The position numbers and the translations under genes are program-made. A DNA stretch of 64,000 nt, from NCBI GenBank assembly GCA_963924565.1, contig OZ004608.1, positions 7,068,001 to 7,132,000 of the forward strand, read 5' to 3'. Under the pieces are notes generated by a model. That model ran no database searches, was not told where the DNA came from, and saw only the letters and a list, made by a program, of their open reading frames with translations. Origin of the DNA: Ascidiella aspersa. Taxonomy: Eukaryota. Below, piece after piece: positions 1 through 9,949 of this stretch; within the stretch, counting starts at the first letter, position 1, and each line of letters opens with the position of its first letter.

Positions 1-1220
1 ACTGATATAATTTCAGAGCATTTTTAAAATATATTTAATGCTGGATAAAATTAGTATCGACTGTTTAAAATTCTTTGTATGAAATTGCTGAAACGAATCT
101 TACGTTTGACTCTCGAACACTTTTTGAGGTTTGTTAACTGCATTACACACAGCAGAAAGTATTTAAAAAAATTTTTGATAGTGAAAATGCAGGAATATTC
201 TAAACGATTATTAAGGCATATTGTATGTAAATTGAACAACCTAAAAGCACTTGAAATTAAACGAAGTATAAACAGTCAATTTCGTTAACATTATGCGCCG
301 CATGAAGTGATAATACTGTGTGCTTCACAATAATCGAACGGCAACGATCAGTATTCTCGGGAGAGCGGAAAACCAATCCTTACATAAGACGTTTTTGTCG
401 GAAGAAATGTAAATCATAATCAATTAAGAAGGGCTTTTCCTGATTAAACTTAGATTTAAACGATCTGGTTGCAACTTTATTTTACAGCTATTTAGCAACG
501 TTGTAAAATAAGATTATAAAACCACCAAGGAACCCCGAGTGTCCATTATTTCGAGAAAGCGTTGATAAATGACACATCAATCTGATATAGATATACGCAT
601 GTTGATGGTCCATGGCACGCCCACACATACTTTCAGAATTCCATTACACGATGACACGTTTGTCATATGCGCCGGCCTTAATGGTACCGTGTTACGAAAC
701 GCGAAAGATCGTTGTTTCGACGAAGCCTCAATATTGATTAAACCACCGCTCGAGTTCGCCATGACCTCGTGTATAATGTAAAGTGCCAAAAGGCCATGTT
801 GGGAACTTGGCCGCTTGCTCGAGAGAGTGACTGATTTGCGAGGCTGCAGCGCTTTTTCTTATATTTTTAGTTCGCTGCTGCCGCAACCCTACCTGTTAAG
901 ACCATCATTGAGGGTCCACTAAACAATGCCTGTGTATATAAGGATTTTGAGTACGCTACATCAAGGTTTATTACGCAATACAAAAAAACTGTTTATATAA
1001 CGCTCAACGACAGAGCTTCATTTTGTTTGTGTTATTTTTAGTTGAGTTATTGATCATAATCGGAAGGGGTTACCAAGTTTTTTTGATTTGACTTGGAATT
1101 GGCTTGATCGTATTATGACTTGGACTTGACTTGTTATTTATTCAAAAAGACTTGACTGAGACTTAAGTTTTTTTACAAACAACCTGACTGGGACTTGAGT
1201 CATATAAAAATCACTCTCAC

Positions 1221-1418
1221 CTTCGTGATTAGCGGCGGCTCCGACTTGACCGGGCTGATTTCCTTGCGGAGGCAAATGGAGGCGAGAAGGTAGCAAATGC
1301 CCAGGAGGTTCCAGAAGAAAGTCAGCGGCCATATCACGAAGAAAAATACGTGGTCGGGAATGATCTCGTGATCAAATTTGTCGCTCACGGCTTGGCGCGA
1401 ATTTTGAAACAAGGATGC
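1221..1418 (-). CDS. Probable exon of an unidentified host gene
   Basis: GC-richer block with strong minus-strand donor AAG|GTGAG at 1221/1220. Two frames are open (hydrophobic ...VIWPLTFFWNLLGICYLLASICL... or MAADF... from 1332); product not recognised. Confidence 0.35.
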
Positions 1419-4400
1419 TTTTCACAAGGAAGACAGAAAATATGACGGGACTTGGAGAAGGCAATAGGCTTTTTAGAGCTTTCGCTTGATAGCCCGTTCG
1501 GTAGAAAGCTGGTCGTGTAAACCAATGGTTGGTAGTTCGAATCTTACCAAGGTTTTTCGAAACATTTCTCCTTAAATTGACCGTATCTATTCTGTTCAGT
1601 CGAAATTTCAAACATCTTTTTTGATAGCTCAATTGATGGAAGAGTGGTTGTGTTACCCAACGGCCGTAAGTTCAAATATCACCGAAGATATCTGACAGTT
1701 TGGAAGTTTAAAGGCGGCAAAGGAATAAATCGATCTGATTATGTCGAACGAGTGTGAATTACTTTATATCACATTAAGAGTTGTAACGTTACCCCAGGGC
1801 TTTGATTCGAATCCTTATAACATATATGATAGTTCTCTCAGTATGGCAGTATACATGTAAGGTTGTCGTAAGTTAATTTCAATTAAATATACGAGTTATT
1901 ATAAATAACTGATTACTGCGTTGTATAAAATAATATTACAAAATTGTGTACCTAACCAATGCTAATCGGTGCGAATCCACTTGTAAACCACCCTAAATAA
2001 ACATTGGCACGGTAAAGCCATCTGCTTAGTCTCATTAAAAATCCAATTTAAAAGTCATGAAATTAAATTAATTCCCTCAATCGAACGTTGTTTAAAAGTA
2101 CCACCAGGAGCGGAAAGTTGGTTATTTTATCAAGGTTTTTCAAGCAAAAACAACCTACACATATACGAACTTATAATAATTGAATAAAAAATGTCTCCTA
2201 GAAAATTTCACATTCAAAATAGGTTTGTTTTCAAAATAGGTTTTGTTTGTTGAAACATATGCACTCCAAACAAAATGTTTATAGGAATATGCATTGTGTT
2301 TGCATTATTGTTCCCGATTTTGTTTCGCGTGGAACAAAGTTTGTTTTGAAAGTACAAATTTTGTTCCGGAAAAACATTCGGAACATAATTCATCGCATTT
2401 TTTTCAGATTGAGCGTAGTTTTTACGAGCCTAAACACGATCAAAATACTTTATTTGGAACATTTGAAATAATTCAGCCCTTGACATACGCATATCTGACG
2501 GTTAAGGGACGAATCTTTTTTTAAAGATTTCTACGACGTTAGAACAAACAATTTGTTGCTTACTGCAAGTTGGTTGTTCCTTGTGGTATAATATGACAAC
2601 GAATAGGTTTAAACTAACCTTCTCCTCTTTCTCTTCTGTAGTAGCATATGATTATTGTTGCGATGTTGCTGCACGCGGCGCATATCAATAGAAACAATTT
2701 TACTTTATCCATGTTTGTTCAATTATAGAGAAATGCTGTTAAAACAAGAAATTGTTCTGTTTAACTGAAACACCTTTGTTTTTTGCTGCATTTTCTGTAG
2801 ATAGCTTAAGCCCTATCTCTGCAATAATTTTATCCCATGCACGTAGAATATAAGCTTTTTCAAACAAACTTTTGCATTTGTGTTTTTGTTTATATATTTC
2901 CTTAAAAAAACACTTCTAGTCTGAAATCTTCTATTAGATTTCCTACTAGCCTATAAACAACCAACCCAAGCTTTAAAACTGTATAGGACTTCGCTAAAGC
3001 GCAACTATACTAACAATGCCCATCTGTCTGATTAATTATCTAAAATATGAGTATGAATTTAAAAATAAATTAAGAACCTGACAGATCAGCCTTGTGTCTT
3101 AAGTCTTATCAATATTTCTTTCAGTATTTAAATTAGAAAATGTTAAACACTGTCCAACGTTTTCTTGTGGCACTGGCGTAAGCTGGCTTTACCATTGTTG
3201 CATTTCCGCGCTTTTCAACAGTAATATTGCGGAAACTGTTAAGGTTCGCTATACGGTCTGGTCCCTACATAGACCACATATTGCCCGTATAGAGTGCAAC
3301 AAAATGTTGCCGCTTCTTCGCAACGTTAATGTATAGGCACGTTATGTACTTGACTTGATTTTTTTCTTATGTGATAACATGATTAACATAACTGATTGTG
3401 TTGTACCGATTATTTTATCGTTCGCGTGAGCGTATGCGTTAGTGTTTTTTGTTTTACATTCGTTGTTGGGTTAAAACAAATTCGTTTGTGACTGCCTAAA
3501 ACAAATTCGTTTTGTGTTCAACATATACATGAAACAAAACATTGACTCTGGGCACGATCGTGCTGTTTGTTTTTTCATATTTTGCTGATGCAAAAGCAAT
3601 ACCACTTTAAGTTTTTACCAAGTTAAAAAAAGTATGTAGATCACGATTTTTACAAACGAAAATTAAAATTATACCTAAAATCCTGCATGAAAACTAACAT
3701 TTCCTTCAATTCAATTAACATAAGTTGTATGGCTTAATAGTAAATTTCAAAGCAAAAGGGACGCGTAAATCAACAAATATGATAGGCATAATGACGTTCC
3801 AATACGCGGCTAACAACTTATATATTCATCAGAACATTGACTGATAAACAGTCGCTTTCAGGCAATATATTAATCTATACAGCACTTAGGTCTATGCTTG
3901 GATCTCTAATGTATCTATATAATGACGATCAAATTCAAATAGGTAAAACATATTAATGGATAATAAGTATAAGAACAGGGCGTATCGAAACGTCTTTATC
4001 AATATAATGTCGATTTTCGTTATCAAGCTGCATTACAGATGCGTGCATAGCGTAACTAAACCTAAATTATGTTTTCTCTTAGACTTATTTACTGCCGTTT
4101 GGCAATTCAGCGCTTCGCACAAAACCGGACCAACGTTTTGACAGACTTTGGCAAGCTACACCGTTTATATATAAGGTCGCCAATATTGGTAACGTAGGCG
4201 AACGAAAAACCTCGCGAGTTGCACTCAATCCAAACAATTTTGCCTACAGACGTATACGAGGGTTTTACGAGCAAATGAAGGAAAGCAAGTTCTGATTGAC
4301 ACAAGTAAAAGCATCTCCATTGAGTTGCAAGTGCTTTTATAGATTGAATGGTTGCCTAGCCACCAATGACGTCTTGATCATGACGTCTTGACTTTCAAAA

Positions 4401-4712
4401 AACGGTCAGGGATTTATTGTCGAGCTTTGTCATTCGTCAATAAAGCGTCAGCGCCTACGCAGAAGTGTAATGACTTTATTGTAAATGGAATCAAACGTCA
4501 TATAACGGAATAATTCATTGCCAAGATGTGGTGTTTTCGTTCATGTGTGTATACTGTACAGGCATTGTGATTTTGGTAACTCCCCCACTCTTAAACTAAA
4601 ATTTCAACAAAGGATAGACGTAACTTGATATTTCGTTAGCGATACCCATCATCCGATAATTTTGACAAAAAAAAACTTGAAATCTGCAATGTACTCTTTC
4701 AGCCACTGTAAA

Positions 4713-4780
4713 TCAGTGTTTCGCAACCTTTTTTGGCTTGCCGCACAATATAGAATTATAAATAGTTCGCGGCACCCTTG
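4713..4780 (+). mobile_element. hAT-like terminal remnant
   Basis: CAGTGTTTCGCAACCTTTTT...GCGGCACCC resembles hAT/Charlie termini; no partner end established. Confidence 0.35.
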
Positions 4781-7479
4781 TTTGTATTTTTACTGGATGG
4801 TTAACTGGAAAGTTTACAAAAAAAAACAAGATTGAAACAGCGCGTTAACTGTGCAACAAGGTTAAAAAAACATTTTTTTTTGATACTTCATACATTTTTT
4901 CACATGTTATGGCCAGTATACAGCAACCAACAAAAAACATCAGACACTCCTTTCAACAAGCTTTTTTGATTTTTCGTGTCTGAGTTAAATCGCCCTTTGT
5001 AAATTAGCCTGAAACGCTTTACCAACTGTTTTGTTATCTCTTTGCAAGCGTTTGTTTTGCCTTTTTCTATGAAACACCATATTGTATTTTAATTGCATAT
5101 CTACATCTACAATGCACCTTCGCAATCCATAACCGGCAACTCGGCTGATTCAAACGTTTAGGAACCTATTTTAGGGCAAACTTTTGAGACGTTTGCATAC
5201 ATTACTTGGACCACATTAAATTTCAAAAGCGTTATAACATTAAACTTTTATATTGCTTGTTCATATTTCGCCTTTGCAACTCCATAGCCAGCCAACTTGG
5301 CCGTTTAACGCTTTAGTGCTGCTTTTTAAAGCGATTTATTTACGACCACTTAACCCGCTGCAGTTGTGAAATGCTTCCGTTGTTTACCGCAATGCTTATA
5401 ATTAATTTAAAGCGTCTGTTCGGCTTCGTGTCAAGTCCCGACAATGTACGGTCTTAAAAAACGTAAACTCTGCAAAGCAATCTGCCTTAACCATTAATAA
5501 TGATGCTGCGGTAAAAATGCAAAAAAACGCCCTTCCACCACATCACTGTGCACTGTTGTACGATACAGGTCATGGGTTGCCAAATGCCCAGATATCAGGT
5601 CCAATAATTCTAATCTATTGTATAACCCCAAAAGGCCTATGCCATCAAGAAGCTCACACATATAATGCCTTTGCTCCGCTTAATGTCGGTGACCTATCAA
5701 CAAATGGTTGCTTACACTGAGGTTTTTGTCAATTAGATGCCATCACGCTCTCTAATGTTATAAAATCTGTTGACGTGATTAAACTAAAAGTAAAATCGAA
5801 CCTCAGACGAAACATGCAATAACCACAATTGACAACTTAATCAAACGAAATCGACGCTGTAGTGAACATCCCTAAACAACTTAAATACAACATGAAAGCC
5901 GCATAAAAGCAGTTGAAGGTATGTGGGTTGGTCACCCCTGGTCACTGATCTGATTAGCGCTGATTGTCAATTAAAACTTGTACAGAAATTTCCTAAAAGG
6001 AAATGTTCTTCAAATTGTCTCTCTATTGCCGGCGTCGTAAATTGTCTGATCGATCAATTTTATCCAACGACTGAGATTAATGCTCGGTTCAATTAGCGTC
6101 AATCAGATGCCATTCGCGCAGCCGCTTTGACACTTCCTCGTCATTATACGCCGCAAAGCAAACTCTCCCAGATATTTCCACAACTTGAGCTATGTTATAA
6201 AAGACTGTGAGCGTTTCTATATTTATATGTTAAAAAAAAAACTGTGAGCGTTTCTATTTACGGAGTTCAAGATTAATCTGTCATTCTAAGAGCAACCAAT
6301 TAGGAACAACAAGGTGTTTGTAAATATAGTAAGAATATAAAAGCCCATACAGCAGTAAAGGTATCAATTTTACAAAATTAATAGCTTCCTTTCTGTCGTA
6401 AAATACAGCGCATCCTGGCCTCATCGGAATGGCAAAAATAAAAAGGTGGATTGCCCCATGTTGACGAGTGTTGGATTTACCCTTTCAGTTGCTTTCATTT
6501 GGTTGCAAAAAAATATTCAATATCATTCAGACACATAGTAAGAATATCAAAGCCGATTTAGAAGTATAGGTATCATTTTGAATGTTTCGAATAACTCTTC
6601 ATTTATTTTCAACATGATGTTGTGCGACCGACTTCTGTATGGGCTTTGATATTCGGTCTGCTCTAACTATAATCTCTATCAGCCACTATCTGAAGAGTTA
6701 ATTTAAGAGCAAAAATGGTGAATACTTTGGGCTTTAATATTCTTACTATGTCTCACTACAACCTCCAACCAATATGCTCCAGAAATTTATTCTACCCAGT
6801 TTAGGGTCCTCTGGTGTACATTTTAGGTGCTTATTAGAACTTTTAATTTTTGTTTTGGAATGTTTTCAAAGAAACCTACGGGAGAATAGTAAACAGATAA
6901 ACGCAATCGAAGTTTATCCATGAGAAATAATACATTCATCGTGACAAACAAATTAAGCAGCTATATAAACCTACTTTCTGGTCGCGAAACATTTCCCCAA
7001 ATCTCTCGCTGTACCTTGCAGTTTAACTCGACTACAAAACGGTTATTTAGCTGTTACCGCTACAGTTCAATATTGTAGTTCATTTTACATTGACCTCAAA
7101 ACAAAAATATCTTCCTAATTAAATATTGAACCTGGCCAAAAAGCATTGCAAAATAAACACAACAATACCCGGTTAGGCGGTCAACCGACATGAGGACGCT
7201 GCACTGTGACAAGAACACCGATATATTTGGTGGAACGAGCGCTTTTACGATTATTTGCTCAAATACCGTCCTATCTGGTCTGTGGCCGTAATTTTTGTCT
7301 TGCGTGTAGAATAGGCTGTGGACCATTGATGGATATAACAAAGACGGTGTATCGATTTTTGCAGGAGGCATTTTTTAATTTGCATTACACTTAACGAGCA
7401 ACGGCGACCTCGATTTAAAGCCGATCTGGACTTAATAGAAAGGTATTGAACAGAGGCGTGAATGATACAGATCCTTTAT

Positions 7480-7485
7480 CATATA
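7480..7485 (+). repeat. Target-site duplication, left copy (CATATA)
   Basis: CATATA immediately precedes AGTAGT and is repeated at 24110-24115; 6-bp TSDs are typical of Polintons. Confidence 0.95.
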
Positions 7486-8102
7486 AGTAGTGTTTTCCTT
7501 GCGCGAAGTGTGCCGTGTGCCCAGGTGTGCCCAGGTGTACGGAAGTGTATTCCGGCGTATTCAGGTTACATCCGGTAAGCAAAAGTAAAATTGAAAAGTG
7601 TTCAAAAGTGTGCAAAAGTACCCTGAGGAGCAAAAAAGCGTCTTTGGGTGAAAAAAAACGTTTTTATAAGTTTCCGGAAGTGAAGGTGGAAGTGACAAAA
7701 AAGTGACAAAATGTGTGATACGGTAAGGTAAGGTAGTTCTCTACGTTGCAATGTTTCTGTTAGGCCCAAAAGATTTTTTGTAAAATTTTCAGAAGAGTCA
7801 GAAATCTACTTTTGCGCGAGGTGTGCCAATTTCAAAAAGTGACCTTTGCACGAAGTGTGCCAAAAATATCGTCGATTGGTAAAGTCGAACTGTGCATTGG
7901 TTGTCTTGTTTGTTGTGGCTGATTTGGGCTCGTTCACAGAGCAGAGAGGAAACAGTGTTTCCCTATCAAGACTGGTTTCCTAATTATAGCCAGTATTGGT
8001 TTACTATTGACGTAAAGAGCAATGAGATGGTATTTTATATTTAGTTCATTAAAACTTTAGTTGTTTGGTAATTTAACTTGAAGATGATGGATTTTATTAT
8101 TG
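7486..8102 (+). repeat. Left terminal inverted repeat (~617 bp)
   Basis: Reverse complement of 23493-24109; about 12 differences by manual comparison. Confidence 0.95.
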
Positions 8103-8214
8103 GCACACAAAAAAACTTACATTATCCAATTCATTTTGTTTATTTCTAAATATTTGTGTTTTAAATATACCATTGACTGTATAGTTTTGCTTGACGTTTA
8201 CAGAACGTTAAGTT

Positions 8215-8345
8215 GAGAGGAAACACTGTTTCCCTATCAAGACTGGTATCCTAATTATAGCAAGTATTGGTTTGCTATTGAGTTATAGAGCATGGAATTG
8301 TTATTTTATTTTTTTTTCAGTTAATTAAAACTTACGTCGTTTGGA
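8215..8345 (+). repeat. Subterminal diverged direct copy of the inner TIR segment 7944-8070
   Basis: gagaggaaaca(c/g)tgtttccctatcaagactggt.tcctaattatagc.agtattggttt.ctattga occurs at both 7944 and 8215. Confidence 0.85.
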
Positions 8346-8536
8346 AATATAATGTATTTTGTTGATGACACTGAAAAAAAAAGCAATCATTTTCAATCTA
8401 TATTGTTTATTACCAACTATTTTTATTTCAAATACAGCGACACTATTTACACGAAAAACACAACAAAAAATCATGACTTTAAACTTTCAATTTATTTACA
8501 TTCCTGTTACATTAATGTTGTTATTATATAAAACAG

Positions 8537-9187
8537 TTATTTCTTGATACTCCTTTTTTGGTTTTTGATGGAGTCTTTCATGTCCGTCCACATAGACTGC
8601 AATAACTTTACCAGTTCATTAAATTGTCTTCTTACATTGGAATCAACTAATCCGTCTGCTAGTGGTGCAACTTCGTAGAACTTTATATTGGGTATTAAAT
8701 ACTTTAAGTAATTTTTTGGTGCATAAATATTTTGTACCCGTGATTTTAAAATTAAACCATCTTCTTTAATTTCAGCAGCAGTCGTTTTGATCTTGGATTG
8801 AATAGTACATTCACTATCATCTATACAAGTGGGCCAAAATAGAACTTGAACAGTTGTATATCCATTTTGGCTCTCTTTTTGTTTAGGATACATAATTACA
8901 AAAGGTGACGAAACGTCCATTAATATCTCAACTATCTGTTTGAGTTGTCCGTGATTGAAAAATGCCTTGCCTCGTACTTGAACACTGATCGTAACCATTC
9001 GAATATTCGATTCGTCGTCAAAAAGCGAACGTTTTGAACGTATCTTTCTAAACATTTCACGAATCGGTTTTCGCTTTATCGGCCCAATACAACTTGGCTC
9101 TTGACGTTTTGGCGGAGTTTCAAACAACTGAGAATCCTGTAAAAGTTGAGAGTCCTCATTACATAAATCTAATAAAAGCTGAGCCAT
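8537..9187 (-). CDS. Polinton accessory ORF, 216 aa, unknown function (TPPK and KRSLF motifs; possible degenerate HUH/origin-binding fold)
   Basis: ATG-initiated 216-aa ORF in AT-rich DNA with TATATA ~40 bp upstream (9225-9232); divergent from pPolB. Confidence 0.8.
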   Translation of the reverse strand: MAQLLLDLCNEDSQLLQDSQLFETPPKRQEPSCIGPIKRKPIREMFRKIRSKRSLFDDESNIRMVTISVQVRGKAFFNHGQLKQIVEILMDVSSPFVIMYPKQKESQNGYTTVQVLFWPTCIDDSECTIQSKIKTTAAEIKEDGLILKSRVQNIYAPKNYLKYLIPNIKFYEVAPLADGLVDSNVRRQFNELVKLLQSMWTDMKDSIKNQKRSIKK

Positions 9188-9280
9188 TTTGTTTGACTTG
9201 TGAAATTTTGCTCACAGACACAGATATATATACTGTTTGATGAATGAAAAAAAAACATCTGTTCTTGGTGTGTAAAATGG

Positions 9281-9590
9281 TGTGGGAAAATTTGTTTAGT
9301 ATACATTATTTTCTCATAATTTAAACAAACAATTAAATTTTTGTTTTTATAGATATCTGCATCTGTTTTAGGCATGCCTGGGCAAGCCAAAAAATGCTGT
9401 GGGAAAATTTCTTTAGTATACATTATTTTCTCATAATTTAAACAAACAATTTAAAATTGTTTTTATAGAAATCTGCATCTGTTTTAGGCGTGCCTAGGCA
9501 AGCAAAAAAGCTGTGGGAAGATTTGTTTAGTATATATTATTTTCTCATAATAGAAACAATCAATTTAAAATTGTTTTTATAGAAATCTGA
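9281..9590 (+). repeat. ~116-bp tandem repeat (~2.7 copies) between divergent Polinton genes
   Basis: tgtgggaa.attt.tttagtata.attattttctcataat... units start at 9281, 9398 and 9512. Confidence 0.9.
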
Positions 9591-9949
9591 ACAATTCATT
9601 TTAATAGAAAATTGTCTTTCAAATAGTTCCCAGGGATATTTTTCTTTAGTATTAAATTGATGTGTAACGGCTTAAATATGCCATCTTGCGACAGAGTAAA
9701 ATGACCAACGATTTTTTTTTTTTGCGACTGTCATTATTCAATAGATAACCGTCAGAACGGCGCCACATGTATCCAACTTCCGTTCCCACAGAGATGGTGA
9801 GTGAAAACAGTTGTGGATCTCTATAAATGTATGAGGTTTTTTTTGTATATTGACATATTGAAAGCAAAAACTATTTAGATAAGTTTCGTTACTTTTTAAT
9901 TTAATGGAAACAGGAAAGTGATACCTTTCGTTATTTTAACTTAGCAAGA

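Noticed and set aside
1640-1690. tRNA gene or tRNA-derived SINE
   Set aside because: Only weak A/B-box resemblance; no cloverleaf.
7096-7371. GPCR-like exon (SVLMSVDR)
   Set aside because: Only a short resemblance to the DRY region; no other helices or linked exons found.
7415-7706. Short ORFs in the TIR (also 23896-24204)
   Set aside because: They mirror each other only because of the inverted repeat, cross the element boundary and have non-ATG starts.
9155-9172. Canonical LxCxE Rb-binding motif in ORF216
   Set aside because: The sequence is LDLCNE; the spacing does not match LxCxE, so it is noted only as a near-miss.
9281-9590. CRISPR-like array
   Set aside because: Whole units are repeated without unique spacers; eukaryotic context, no cas genes.
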